From: an uncultured delta proteobacterium
Lineage (GTDB): Bacteria > Myxococcota > Kuafuiibacteriia > Kuafuiibacteriales > Kuafuiibacteriaceae
NCBI GenBank assembly: GCA_963803435.1
Contig: CAWDML010000001.1
Coordinates: 1,472,001 to 1,536,000, forward strand
DNA length: 64,000 bases
Direction of reading: 5' to 3'
Part shown: positions 31,432 to 41,983 of the stretch, in pieces
Position numbering within the stretch: position 1 is the first letter of the stretch
How the letters are laid out: the number at the start of each line of letters is the position of its first letter
Program-made: the position numbers and the translations under genes
Notes under the pieces: model-generated
Databases searched by the model: none
Seen by the model: only the letters and a program-made list of their open reading frames with translations
What the model was told of the DNA's origin: nothing

Positions 31432-32900
31432 CGGCTCCCTCGGTGCCACGACACCGAGCTCTTCCTCGCCACCGCCCAGCGGTAGGTCTCCTCGTAACGC
31501 TGGGCGGCGCGCGTCCAGCTGAAGTCCCTGGTCATCCCTCGCTCCTGCATGATCCTGATCAGCTCGGGATCCTCCCGGTAGACCGAGACCGCCCAGTGCA
31601 CGGTATCGACGAGGCTCTCCTCCGAGAGATCGTACAGCTTGAAGCCGGTGCCGGTGCCTGCGACCGGATCGCACTGCTCGACCGTATCCTCGAGACCGCC
31701 GGTCGCGCGCACGATCGGGAGCGTACCGTATCGCTGGCTGTACATCTGATTGAGCCCGCACGGCTCGAAGCGCGAGGGCATCAGAAAGAAGTCGGCGGCC
31801 GCCTCGAAGCGATGCGCGAGCGGCTCGTTGTGCCCGATCCAGGCGTAGAAGCGTCCGCCTCCCGAGTCGGAGCGCTCGCGCAGGTACGCCTCCAGGACCG
31901 GATCGCCCGCGCCGAGCACCACCAGCTGCGTGTCGAGCTCGAGGAGACGATCGAGGGCGGCGGCCACCACGTCGATCCCCTTCTGTACGTGGAGGCGCGA
32001 GACGACCGCGAGGAGCGGGACGTCGGGGCGTGGATCGAGCCCGAGCTGCTGCTGGAGGATCGATTTGCAAGTCGCCTTGCCGCTCAGATCGGTCGCATCG
32101 AAGTGCGCCGGGAGGTGGCGGTCGGTGGCGGGGTTCCAGACGTCCTGGTCGATGCCGTTGAGGATGCCCACCAGGTCGGAGCCGCGCCGGCGCATCACCT
32201 CGTCGAGGCCGTTGCCCCCAATCGGGCCCCGGATCTCCTGTGCGTAGGTCGGCGAGACCGTGGTCAGCATGGTCGCGTGGTAGCACCCGCCCTTGAAGAG
32301 GTTGAGGTCGCCGTAGTCCTCGAGACCGTCGGCCCGATACGTGTCCCAGCCGACGCCCAGGAGATCGATGCCGGCCGCGGGGAACTTCGGCTGGTAGGCG
32401 ATGTTGTGGATGGTGAGCACGGAGGCGGTGCGCTCGAAGACAGCGCCGCGCTCGGCCGTGTTGAGCATGATCGGCAGGGGCGCCGTCGGCCAGTCGTGCA
32501 CGTGCACGATCTCCGGGATCCACTCCAGGTGCTTGGCGAGCTGGAGCGCACCGCGGGAGAGGAGCGCGAAGCGGGCCAGCCCCCTGAGCGTGCCGTCGTC
32601 CTCGTAGATGTGGGGGCTGTCGTAGAGCGCGTCGTGCTCGAGGAAGTAGATGGGGACAGAGGAGCCGGGGAGCTCGCCCTCGAGGACGGCACACCACGCC
32701 TCGGTGCCGCCCAGCGGGACACCGAGCGGGATCAGGTGATGGTCGAGATCGGCGTCGTGGATGAAGCCGTACTTGGGGATGACGACGCGGACGTCGTGGC
32801 CGAGGGCCGCGAGCGCTTTGGGCAGCGACCCGACGACATCGCCGAGCCCTCCAACCTTGGCGAAGGGGACGCACTCCGCAGACGCGAAGAGAATTCTCAC
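31428..32900 (-). CDS. glgA: Glycogen synthase
   Basis: FAKVGGLGDV (KxGGL), HVHDW, TIHNIAYQ, MPSRFEPCGLNQMY, RATGGL. Confidence 0.95.
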   Translation of the reverse strand: MRILFASAECVPFAKVGGLGDVVGSLPKALAALGHDVRVVIPKYGFIHDADLDHHLIPLGVPLGGTEAWCAVLEGELPGSSVPIYFLEHDALYDSPHIYEDDGTLRGLARFALLSRGALQLAKHLEWIPEIVHVHDWPTAPLPIMLNTAERGAVFERTASVLTIHNIAYQPKFPAAGIDLLGVGWDTYRADGLEDYGDLNLFKGGCYHATMLTTVSPTYAQEIRGPIGGNGLDEVMRRRGSDLVGILNGIDQDVWNPATDRHLPAHFDATDLSGKATCKSILQQQLGLDPRPDVPLLAVVSRLHVQKGIDVVAAALDRLLELDTQLVVLGAGDPVLEAYLRERSDSGGGRFYAWIGHNEPLAHRFEAAADFFLMPSRFEPCGLNQMYSQRYGTLPIVRATGGLEDTVEQCDPVAGTGTGFKLYDLSEESLVDTVHWAVSVYREDPELIRIMQERGMTRDFSWTRAAQRYEETYRWAVARKSSVSWHRGSR

Positions 32901-32903
32901 GGA

Positions 32904-34412
32904 TCAGTCGTCGAAGAACTCGCTGGTGGACTTCTCGGAGTGCGACGAACCGTCGAAGCGCAGGATGACGCCCTTGTTGTCGACCTTGGTGGCGATCCCG
33001 GCCGGTCGGCGCCAGAGCCGGTGGATGTTCTCGAGCGTGTCGCGGGCCCAGTCGGCCTGCAGGTCGATGCCGTCGTGGGCGTGGCGGAGCAGCAGCTCAC
33101 CGCGGTTCTCCCAGTTGCCGTCGACGACGTCGATGATCGGCTGCCCGAAGTTGGTGAGCGAGGTGAGGAGCTTCGCCTTGATCTGCCGGAACTCGCGCGA
33201 CTGGATCTCCCAGTTGCCGCTGTTCTTGTTGAGGCCGTAGGTGAAGAGCCGCTGCTCCCGTGCGAAGTCCTCGGTGAGAAACTCGTCGATGAAGGTGACG
33301 TCGTTGTAGAGGCGCCGGACCTCGAAGATCTTCTGCCGCCCGGCGCCGGTCTGCTTGTCCCAGCGCTTCTTGGTGGCGAAGTCGTCGCACTCGTTCCACT
33401 CCTTGCCGAACTGGCCCTTGTCCCAGCGCTCCTCGATGTTCTTGAAGAGCTCGAGGCCGAGCTTGTACGGGTTGATGCGCCCCGGTTGCATGCCCATCGT
33501 CGACGAGTGGCAGTCGGCGTAGTCCATCAGCTCGCTGTCCTTGAGCGCGCGGGTGGTCATGATCTTCGAGTGCCAGAACGAGGCCCAGCCCTCGTTCATG
33601 ATCTTGGTCTGGCCCTGAGGCGCGAAGTAGTAGGCCTCCTCGCGGGTGATGTCGAGGCAGTCCTGCTCCCAGAGATCGAGCGGCGCGTTCTCGAGGATGA
33701 ACAGGGGGACGTCGCGGAGCGGCGACTCCGGGAAGCGCTTCTTCTTCTTCTTCTCCGCCTCGATCTTCTTCTTCTCCGAGTCGATGAACTCCTTCGGGTT
33801 CATGTAGTTGCGGAGGTACGACTTCTCGGTGGGGATCAGCCGGACGGTCTTGACCTCCTCCTCGCCGCCCCCCGGCCCGAGCAGGCGCCGATCGTTGCGG
33901 GCGCGCTTCTCGAAGAGCGCGCGCTGATCGATCAGGTTCTCGATCGACAGGCAGGCGTCGAGGAAGCTCTCCACGGTGTCGACGCCGTGCCGATCCATGT
34001 AACGGCGCACCCGCGCGGCATGGTTCGCCATCTGATCCAGCATCCGGCGGTTGGTGTTGGCGAAGTAGAGGTTGTTCTTGAAGAAGTCGCAGTGCCCGTG
34101 GACGTGGGCCATCACGAGCTTCTGTTCCATGATCGAGTTCGACTCGATCAGGTACGCGTAGCAGGGGTCCGTGTTGATCACGAGCTCGTAGATCTTCGAC
34201 AGCCCGTACTCGTGGCTCTTCGAGAGCTGCTCGTACTCCATCCCGTAACGCCAGTGCGGGTAGCGGGTCGGGAAGCCGCCGTACGCGGCCACCATGTTCA
34301 TGTCATCGACGGAGACCAGCTCGAAGATCACGTCGAAGTAGTCGAGCCCGTACTCTTGAGCGTACCCGCGGATCTCCCGCTGGAGCTCGATCAGGTGAGG
34401 CGGCAGGGACAT
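32904..34412 (-). CDS. spoVR: SpoVR (YcgB) family protein
   Basis: AAYGGFPTRYPHWRYG, KIYELVIN, AHVHGHCDFFKNN, TKIMNEGWASFWH, NPYKLG; start MSLPPHL at 34412. Confidence 0.92.
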   Translation of the reverse strand: MSLPPHLIELQREIRGYAQEYGLDYFDVIFELVSVDDMNMVAAYGGFPTRYPHWRYGMEYEQLSKSHEYGLSKIYELVINTDPCYAYLIESNSIMEQKLVMAHVHGHCDFFKNNLYFANTNRRMLDQMANHAARVRRYMDRHGVDTVESFLDACLSIENLIDQRALFEKRARNDRRLLGPGGGEEEVKTVRLIPTEKSYLRNYMNPKEFIDSEKKKIEAEKKKKKRFPESPLRDVPLFILENAPLDLWEQDCLDITREEAYYFAPQGQTKIMNEGWASFWHSKIMTTRALKDSELMDYADCHSSTMGMQPGRINPYKLGLELFKNIEERWDKGQFGKEWNECDDFATKKRWDKQTGAGRQKIFEVRRLYNDVTFIDEFLTEDFAREQRLFTYGLNKNSGNWEIQSREFRQIKAKLLTSLTNFGQPIIDVVDGNWENRGELLLRHAHDGIDLQADWARDTLENIHRLWRRPAGIATKVDNKGVILRFDGSSHSEKSTSEFFDD

Positions 34413-34509
34413 TTCGACGATGCTAGGCAATATCCGGACGGACCGCAAAGCCAAGGCCATGATGGCGAACTTGCTTCGCCGTTGCGCGACCCGGTATAGC
34501 TCGCAGCCT

Positions 34510-34998
34510 ATGCGAGCACTCCTCGTTTTCCCGCTTCTCGCTCTGGCGCTCTTCGGCTGCCCGCCCAAGGCCGACACCAACGGCGTGAAGCAGCCGGAGC
34601 AGCCGGCCTCGGCGCCCGCCAAGACCAGCACCACCTCGATGAAGGGCGCCGATCCCTCCGACCGGGAGCAGGTGGATCCGGACGGCGTGGTGCGGCGCGG
34701 GCTGGCCCTCTCCGACGCGAAGGCGCTCTCCGTCGGCGAGGTTGTGGCGCAAAAGACCGCCCTGGCCGGAAAGGTCATCAAGGTCAACGGAGAGGTGGGC
34801 AAGGTCTGCCAAGCGATGGGCTGCTGGTTCGTGCTCAAGAGCGGCGACGACAGCATCCGCATCACCTCGAAGGATCACGGCTTCTTCGTGCCCGCCCAGT
34901 GCACAGGGATGAGCGCGACCGTGGAGGGTGACTTCGCGCTGGAGGACCAAGAGGCGTCGATCGACGCCGCGGCCGTCGAGATGAAGCGCAACGGATGA
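34510..34998 (+). CDS. DUF4920-like lipoprotein
   Basis: Lipobox LFGC; VCQAMGCW...ITSKDHGFFVP. Confidence 0.75.
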   Translation: MRALLVFPLLALALFGCPPKADTNGVKQPEQPASAPAKTSTTSMKGADPSDREQVDPDGVVRRGLALSDAKALSVGEVVAQKTALAGKVIKVNGEVGKVCQAMGCWFVLKSGDDSIRITSKDHGFFVPAQCTGMSATVEGDFALEDQEASIDAAAVEMKRNG

Positions 34999-36221
34999 AG
35001 CTGCTGCACACGGCGGATTGGCACCTCGGGCAGACGCTCCACGGTGTCTCTCGCCGGTTCGAGCATCAGCGATTCCTAAGATGGCTTCTCGGCGCGCTCG
35101 CCGACGAATCTGCAGACGCCCTGATCATCGCCGGTGACGTGTTCGACGTGGCCGGCCCGAGCTCCGACGCCCAGCAGTCCTACTACGACTTCCTGGCCGA
35201 ATGCCGGCGGCGCTTCCCCGCGCTCGACGTGGTGGTGGTGGGCGGCAATCACGACTCCCCGGCGCGGCTCGACGCGCCGGCGGACCTGCTGGGCGCACTC
35301 GGCATCACGGTGGTCGGCGGCCTGCCCGACGGCGACCTCGAGCGGCTGGTGGTGCCGCTCCACGACGCGCGCGGCGTCGCGGCGTGGTGCGTGGCGGTAC
35401 CGTTCCTGCGCCCGCGCGATCTCCCCTCCCCCGAGCGCTACGACGACGCCAGCCGCCACACGATCGAGGGACACCGCGCCCTCTATCGGCGCCTCACCGA
35501 TCTCGCCCGCGCGCGGCGGGCTCCGGGCCAGGCGATCGTGGCGACGGGTCACTGCTACATGGCGGAGGGCCTGGTCTCCGAGCTCTCGGAGCGGAAGATC
35601 CAGGTCGGGAACCAGCACGCCCTCCCCGACGACGTGTTCCCCGAGGCGCTCGCCTACGTGGCGCTGGGCCACCTCCACCGGGCGCAGCGGGTGGCCGGAC
35701 AGAACCGGATCCGCTACTCCGGCTCGCCCATCCCGCTCTCGCTCGCGGAGCGGACCTACGAGCACCAGGTCCTCGCCGTCGAGCTGGACGGCGAGCGCCT
35801 GATCGCCGCGCGACCGCTGTACGTACCGCGCGCGATCGAGATCCTCGTCATCCCCGAGCAGCACGCGCCGCTCGAGGAGGTGCTGCCGCTGCTCTCGTTC
35901 CTGCCCCGCGACGACGGCAACGCACCGGAGACGCGCCCGTTCCTCGAGGTCCGAGTGAAGGTCGAGACGGCCCATCCGCGGCTGCGGCAGGAGATCGAGG
36001 CGGCGCTCGAGGGCGCGCGGGCGCGGCTCCTCCGGATCGACGTGATGAAGCCGGAGGTCCGCCGCGAGCGTCGCGAGATCTCGCACGACCTCGACGCGAT
36101 CTCCGCCATCGACGTCTTCCGCGCGGCCCACCAGCGCCTGCGCGGATGCGAGCCGCCCGATCCGCTGCTCTCGCTGTTCCGCGAGCTGGAGGACGCCGTC
36201 GGCCGGGGTGAGGTCGCGTGA
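34995..36221 (+). CDS. sbcD: Exonuclease SbcCD subunit D
   Basis: HTADWHLG, AGDVFD, GGNHDS, ALGHLH, RYSGSP. Confidence 0.95.
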   Translation: MKLLHTADWHLGQTLHGVSRRFEHQRFLRWLLGALADESADALIIAGDVFDVAGPSSDAQQSYYDFLAECRRRFPALDVVVVGGNHDSPARLDAPADLLGALGITVVGGLPDGDLERLVVPLHDARGVAAWCVAVPFLRPRDLPSPERYDDASRHTIEGHRALYRRLTDLARARRAPGQAIVATGHCYMAEGLVSELSERKIQVGNQHALPDDVFPEALAYVALGHLHRAQRVAGQNRIRYSGSPIPLSLAERTYEHQVLAVELDGERLIAARPLYVPRAIEILVIPEQHAPLEEVLPLLSFLPRDDGNAPETRPFLEVRVKVETAHPRLRQEIEAALEGARARLLRIDVMKPEVRRERREISHDLDAISAIDVFRAAHQRLRGCEPPDPLLSLFRELEDAVGRGEVA

Positions 36222-39200
36222 AGATCCTGGCGATCCGCGGAAAGAACCTGGCCAGCATCCCCGAGTTCGAGATCGATCTGTCCAGCGGGGTCCTCGCCGA
36301 AACCCGGATCTTCGCGATCACCGGTCCGACGGGCGCCGGCAAGAGCACGCTCCTCGACGCGCTCTGCCTGGGGCTGTACGACCGCGCGCCGCGCCTCTTC
36401 GGAGCGCGCGACGTCCCGGTGGGCGAGCTCGGAATCAGCGCCCTCGATCCGCGCTCGGTGATGCGGCGCGGGGCCGCCGAGGCCCACGCCGAGGTCGACT
36501 TCCTCTCCCGCGACGGCGAGCGCTTCCGGGCCATCTGGGAGGTCTGGCGCGCCCACAAGAGGAGCGACGGAAAGATCCAGAACCAGCGCATGCGACTGGT
36601 CGAGCTGGACTCGGGGCGCGACATCTCGGGCGCCACCAAGACCGAGACGCAGCGGTTGATCGAGGAGAAGGTCGGCCTCTCCTTCGGCGAGTTCCGCCGC
36701 GCGGTGCTGCTGGCGCAGGGGGACTTCGCCTCGTTCCTGCGGGCCAAGGCCGACGAGCGCGCGGAGCTCCTCGAGCGGATGACCGGGACCGAGATCTACG
36801 CTCGCCTGTCGCGGGCGGCCTTCGCGCGCGCCAGGCAGGAGGACGAGCGGCTGCAGGCGCTCGAGGCCAGGAGGGCGGCGGTCGCGGTGCTCGCGGACGA
36901 CGACGCGGCGGCGCTGCGCGAGTCGATGGAGCGGGCCCGGCTCGAGCGCGCGCGGCTGGAGGAGCGGCTCCGCGAGGTGCGGGCGGCGGAGGCCTGGCAT
37001 CGAGCGCGGCTGCAGATGATCGCGGATCGCGATCGCGCAGTGGCCGAGCTGGCCCTTGCGCGCCGGGCCTGGAGCGATGGAGAGCCGCTTCGCCTCGAGA
37101 TGGCGCGCGTCGCCGAGGCGGAGAAGCTGCGCTCGCCGATGGAGACCCTGGCGACGCTGGAGCGAGCGCGAGCGCGGGCCGACGCCACCTTCGCCGAGGC
37201 CGAGAAGAACGACGCGGAGTGTCGGCGCCACGCGTCCGACAGCTTCGTGGCGGCGACCGACGCGATCGCGGCGCAACAGCAGGTGGAGGAGGCGCGCGAC
37301 GCCGCGCAACCGGAGCTGGAGGCGGCGCAGCGTCTCGACGTTCAGATTGAGGACGCGCGCGTGCATGCAGACGAGGCGGCGACACTGGCGCTGGAGGCGA
37401 AGAAGTCGGCGCGACGTGCGGACGCGCTGCTCGAAGCGCTGCTCGACGAGCTCGAGGCGGCCGAGGAGGAGGTGCGCGCTCTCGACCGCTGGTTCGAGGC
37501 GCACGCCGATGCGCGCGTGCTGGCGGCTCAGTGGCCCCGCTGGCGCCGCGAGCTCGAGCGCTCGGCGGCGGCGGCAGCGGCGGAGGCGCAGGCCTCGGTC
37601 GAGGCGGCGGCGCTCGAGCAGGCGCGGCGGGCGGTGGAGCGGGAGGCGGGCGATCTCGCGAAGGTGCGCGCCGAGCTCGAGACCGCGCGCGCCGAGGCCA
37701 GCGGCATGATCGAGCGGGCCAAGGCGGAGCTCGAGTCGATGCGGCGCGAGGTGAAGCCGGTCGAGCTGAAGACCGCGATGGAGCGGCTCGGACTGGAACA
37801 TGCGTCGCTCGAGGCCATGCGGACGATAGCGCGGGAGACGCAGCGCCTGGCCAAGCTGAAGAGGGAGTCGAAGCGGAGCGCGAGCAGCGAGAGCGCGCTG
37901 GCCGGCGCCAGGCTCGAGGACGCGCGGGAGGGACGGGCGCGCCGAGCGGCGATCGAGCGGGAGCTCGAGGAGACGGAGGGGAGGCTCGCCAAGCTCGAGG
38001 CAGAGCTCGACCTGGCCGGGCGGCGCGCGGATCTGCTGGTGGACGGCGAGCCCTGTCCGCTCTGCGGATCGCGCTCGCACCCGGCGCGGGCGAAGGACAT
38101 GCCGGAGGTGGCCGCGCTCAACGGGCTGCGCGAGCGACAGGCGGCGCTCGAGGGCCGGCGCCGGGCCCAGGTGGAGGAGATCACCGCGGCGGACGAGGCG
38201 GCCGGCCGGCACGCCCAGGCCGCGACCGCCGCCGAGCAACGGGCGGTCGAGCTGGAGTCGGAGCTCGAGGCGAAGCGACACGAATGGATGAAGAGGCGGG
38301 AGGCGATGGAGCTGATCCGGATCGACTCTCCGGTGCTGGCCAAGCGAGGGCTCAACCGGATCGCGGTGTCGCTCCCGGAGGCGCCCAAGGCGCGGGGCGT
38401 GACGAAGGAGCTGGAGAAGGCGGCCGACCAGATGCGCGCGCACTCAGAGGCGCTCCGGGCGCTCGCGGAGAAGGACGAGCGCCTGGCCGAGGGGCTCGAG
38501 GGTGCGCGCTCGGTGCAAGACGAGTTGACACGTCGAGCCGCGCTCCTGGCGCCGAAGCTCGAAGCCGCCGACGTCGAGCACGCGCAGCTGACCCTCCGCA
38601 AAGAGGCGGCGGCGCGGGCGACGACGAGCGCCGCCGAGTCGCGGGCCGAAGCCCAGCGGGCGCTGGCCCAGCCGCTCGAGCGCCGCCCGGGCTGGCAGGA
38701 GGCGCTGGCCGCCGATCCCGAGGCCTACCTGGCCGCGCTCGAGCGCGAGGTCGAGGATTGGGAGGCGAACGTGGCCAATGCGACGGCGCAGAAGCAGCGG
38801 ATCGCCGAGCTGTCCCGGAAGACCGCGCTCGCCCACGCCGAGGCGGAGCGCGCGCGAAGAGATCGCGCGAAGGCGGACGCGACGCGGGCGGAGCGGCTGG
38901 CCAAGCAGACGGCGCTCGAGCGGCGGCGGCGGACCCTCCTGGCCGGACGGACGGTGGAGGTCGCACAGGCGGAGCTCGCGGAGCGGCTGCAGGGCGCGCT
39001 GGCCCGGGCCCACGAGGCGAAGGGCAGGCACGCGCTGGCGGGACAGTCGCTGGCAGCAGCCGAGGAGCGGCTCGAGCATGCAGAGGGCACCAGGCGAGAG
39101 GCCGCGCTGCGCGCCGGCGAGGCGACCGAACGCGTGCGCGCCGCGCTCGACGCCTCACCCTTCGCGGACCTCCCGTCGCTGGCGTCGGCGCTCGAGCGCG

Positions 39201-40000
39201 GCCCGGAGTGGCTGGCGCTCGAGCAGGCACAGCTCGCCTCCAGGAAGGAGGCGCTCACCCGGCTCGAGGCCGCGCTCGCCGAGCGACAGCGCCGGCTGGA
39301 CGTGCACGAGCGCGCCGAGCACCCCGGCGCAGATCTGGCCCAGGCGGAGGCGGAGCTCGCAGACCTCGAGCGGGCCTGCAGCGAGACCGTCGAGGAGGCT
39401 GCGCGGCTGCAGGAGAGGCTGACCTCCGACGACGCCGCGCGCCGAAGCCTGTCCGATCTCGCGCCCGCCATCGCGTCGCAGCAGTGGACGCTGGAGCAAT
39501 GGTCGGAGATCAACGCGCTGATCGGATCGTCGGACGGGAAGAAGTTCCGGACCTTCGCACAAGGCCTCACCCTCGATCTCCTCCTGCTGGCCAGCAACCA
39601 TCACCTCGAGCAGCTGCGGCCCCGGTATCGTCTCGAGCGCGTCCCCGGCTGGGACATGGAGCTTCAGGTGGTCGACGGCGACATGGGGGAAGAGGCCCGG
39701 CCGGTGGGCACGCTCTCGGGGGGAGAGTCGTTCCTGGTCTCGCTGGCGCTGGCCCTGGGCCTTTCCTCGCTCTCGTCGCGCAACGTGAAGATCGAGTCGC
39801 TGTTCATCGACGAAGGCTTCGGTCACCTCGACCGCGAGTCGCTCGACGTCGCGCTGTCGACGCTCGATCAGCTGCAGGCCGAGGGGCGGACCATCGGGCT
39901 GATCTCGCACGTACCGGACATCGCGGAGCGGATCGGATATCAGGTGCGCGTCGAGCCGAAGGGTCCCGGTCGGAGCGAGGTCCGCGTGGTGGCGCGCTGA
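36218..40000 (+). CDS. sbcC: Exonuclease SbcCD subunit C (SMC-like ATPase)
   Basis: GPTGAGKS, long coiled coil with Zn hook CPLCGS, LSGGESF, LFIDEGFG, ISHV. Confidence 0.95.
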   Translation: MKILAIRGKNLASIPEFEIDLSSGVLAETRIFAITGPTGAGKSTLLDALCLGLYDRAPRLFGARDVPVGELGISALDPRSVMRRGAAEAHAEVDFLSRDGERFRAIWEVWRAHKRSDGKIQNQRMRLVELDSGRDISGATKTETQRLIEEKVGLSFGEFRRAVLLAQGDFASFLRAKADERAELLERMTGTEIYARLSRAAFARARQEDERLQALEARRAAVAVLADDDAAALRESMERARLERARLEERLREVRAAEAWHRARLQMIADRDRAVAELALARRAWSDGEPLRLEMARVAEAEKLRSPMETLATLERARARADATFAEAEKNDAECRRHASDSFVAATDAIAAQQQVEEARDAAQPELEAAQRLDVQIEDARVHADEAATLALEAKKSARRADALLEALLDELEAAEEEVRALDRWFEAHADARVLAAQWPRWRRELERSAAAAAAEAQASVEAAALEQARRAVEREAGDLAKVRAELETARAEASGMIERAKAELESMRREVKPVELKTAMERLGLEHASLEAMRTIARETQRLAKLKRESKRSASSESALAGARLEDAREGRARRAAIERELEETEGRLAKLEAELDLAGRRADLLVDGEPCPLCGSRSHPARAKDMPEVAALNGLRERQAALEGRRRAQVEEITAADEAAGRHAQAATAAEQRAVELESELEAKRHEWMKRREAMELIRIDSPVLAKRGLNRIAVSLPEAPKARGVTKELEKAADQMRAHSEALRALAEKDERLAEGLEGARSVQDELTRRAALLAPKLEAADVEHAQLTLRKEAAARATTSAAESRAEAQRALAQPLERRPGWQEALAADPEAYLAALEREVEDWEANVANATAQKQRIAELSRKTALAHAEAERARRDRAKADATRAERLAKQTALERRRRTLLAGRTVEVAQAELAERLQGALARAHEAKGRHALAGQSLAAAEERLEHAEGTRREAALRAGEATERVRAALDASPFADLPSLASALERGPEWLALEQAQLASRKEALTRLEAALAERQRRLDVHERAEHPGADLAQAEAELADLERACSETVEEAARLQERLTSDDAARRSLSDLAPAIASQQWTLEQWSEINALIGSSDGKKFRTFAQGLTLDLLLLASNHHLEQLRPRYRLERVPGWDMELQVVDGDMGEEARPVGTLSGGESFLVSLALALGLSSLSSRNVKIESLFIDEGFGHLDRESLDVALSTLDQLQAEGRTIGLISHVPDIAERIGYQVRVEPKGPGRSEVRVVAR

Positions 40001-40006
40001 TCGCGC

Positions 40007-41755
40007 TTACGACTCCAGGAGCTTCCGGAGCACCGCCGCCAGCCGCTCTTGCTCGAACGGCTTCTGGAGCAACGGCGCACCGAGATCGATCCAGTCGCGC
40101 TCGAGCAACGACTCGCGCTCGTGGGCGGACATGTACGCGATCCGGATATTCGGGTTCTGGCGTCGGATCTCGGCCGCAAGATCGCGTCCCAGCTCGTGCG
40201 GCAGCATGATGTCGGTGAGCACGATTTCGATCTCGGCCACGTGCTCTTGGAAGATGCGGCGGGCGTCGGCGCCATCGGCGGCCATCAGCGTGCGATAGCC
40301 GAGGCTCTCCAGATAGAAGCCGACCGTCAGGCGCACCAGCGGATCGTCCTCCACCGCCAGCACGGTCGTCCGCCGCGGGATCGGCAGCGCAGGTCGCGGG
40401 ATCTCGCCCGTCTCCTGAACCACCGGCAGGTGAATCGTGAAGGTCGTCCCCACCCCGACCGCGCTCGAGACGTCGATCGCGCCGCCCATGCGCTTGACGA
40501 TGACCTGCGTGTTCCAGAGCCCCAGGCCGGTCCCCTTGCCCGCGTCCTTGGTGGTGAAGAACCGCTCGAAGACCCGCGTGCGCGTCGCCTCGTCCATCCC
40601 GAAGCCGGTATCGCGCACCGACAGCACCAGGTAGCGCCCCGCCGGCAGCAGTCCCAGATCCTCGCTGCGAACGATCCGCTCCTCGGTGGTGATCCGGAGG
40701 GTGCCGCCCTTCGTCATCGCATCGGCCGCGTTCGAGGCGAGGTTCAAGAGCACTTGCTCGAGCTCGCCCGCATCCGCGCAGACTCGACATCCGGTCGCGC
40801 CGGGACGGACCACCAAGGTGATGCGCTCGCCGAGCAGCGTCTCCAGAAGCGGCACGCAGTCCGTCAACAACAGATCGACGTCGAGCGCGCCGCGCTCCGG
40901 CTGGCGGCGGCGGCTGAAGTCGAGCAGGTGGCGCGTCAAGGTCCGGCCCCTCCCCGCCACGTCGACGATCCGCTTCACCAGGGCGAAGGCGGGGTGCGCC
41001 GACTCCAACCGACTCAGCGCGATGGTGGCAAAGCCCGCGACCCCCATCAGCAGGTTATTGAAGTCGTGCGCGATCCCGCTGGCCAGCGCCCCGATCGCCT
41101 CCATCTTCTGGTTCTGCTGATCCTCCGCGGTCGTACGCAGCACGCCGACGTAACCGAGGCTCGCGCCTTCGCCGATCGGCTCGACCTCGACGTGCACCGG
41201 CGGGTCCCTGTCGCTCACCGCTTCGACGGAGCGGCCCACCAGCTGCTCACGCGGACGGCCGAGCAGCGCGGCGCCGGCCTCGTTGATCGATTCGATCGCC
41301 CCCGTCGGATCCAGGATGACCAGGCCTTCGCCGGTCGCCTCCAGGAGCGCGGACTCCCTCGCCCGCAGCGCACGCAGCTCGCGCTCCCGCGATCGAACCT
41401 CTCTCAGGTCGGTCAACATGCACAGATAGCTCTGAGCGTTGTCCAGGCTCGCCTCGATCAACACGGGCGTGGGCTCCCCGTTGGGCGGCGTGACCGTGAG
41501 CTCGCAGTGCTGCTTGGAGTGAAGCTCCGCGGCTCGGTGAAGCAGGAGATCCAGGCAGTCCTCGTCCTCCGAGGAGATCATGCCGGAGAGGAGACGTCCC
41601 GCCAGCAGCGCGCGTGAGATTCCGAACAACACCTCCGCGCTCCTGTTCGCGTCGACGATTCGACCGACTTGATCGACGGTGACGAACGCGACCGGCGCCA
41701 TCTCGAAGATGTTCGTGTATCGGCTCGTCGAGGCCCCACCCAGCTCCATGTTCAT
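40007..41755 (-). CDS. Hybrid sensor histidine kinase (PAS-PAS-HisKA-HATPase-REC)
   Basis: GIAHDFNNLL, QVLLNLASNA, FFTTKDAGKGTGLGL, REC VEDD...TDIMLP...KPF; start approximate. Confidence 0.9.
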   Translation of the reverse strand: MNMELGGASTSRYTNIFEMAPVAFVTVDQVGRIVDANRSAEVLFGISRALLAGRLLSGMISSEDEDCLDLLLHRAAELHSKQHCELTVTPPNGEPTPVLIEASLDNAQSYLCMLTDLREVRSRERELRALRARESALLEATGEGLVILDPTGAIESINEAGAALLGRPREQLVGRSVEAVSDRDPPVHVEVEPIGEGASLGYVGVLRTTAEDQQNQKMEAIGALASGIAHDFNNLLMGVAGFATIALSRLESAHPAFALVKRIVDVAGRGRTLTRHLLDFSRRRQPERGALDVDLLLTDCVPLLETLLGERITLVVRPGATGCRVCADAGELEQVLLNLASNAADAMTKGGTLRITTEERIVRSEDLGLLPAGRYLVLSVRDTGFGMDEATRTRVFERFFTTKDAGKGTGLGLWNTQVIVKRMGGAIDVSSAVGVGTTFTIHLPVVQETGEIPRPALPIPRRTTVLAVEDDPLVRLTVGFYLESLGYRTLMAADGADARRIFQEHVAEIEIVLTDIMLPHELGRDLAAEIRRQNPNIRIAYMSAHERESLLERDWIDLGAPLLQKPFEQERLAAVLRKLLES

Positions 41756-41983
41756 GATGCTCTCTAGAGGCTGTACGGTCGGAGGGAGAACCGAACAAGG
41801 ACAGGATCGCCGCGCGCGGCACGATTGGCCGTCACGGCCCACGATCCGATCCATCGATCGAGCAAATGATTCGAGGCCCGCGCGCGCTCCTGTTCGCCGC
41901 GGTGACGGCGTGCGAGGACCGCGTACAGTCGGAAGAGCCTCGAGGATCTTGAACCAAGAGCGCGCTCGGAAGACGATGCATCC

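Noticed and set aside
3-40000. recBCD + SNF2 + sbcCD as a defence island
   Set aside because: Canonical repair genes separated by unrelated metabolic genes, with no mobile-element or compositional signal
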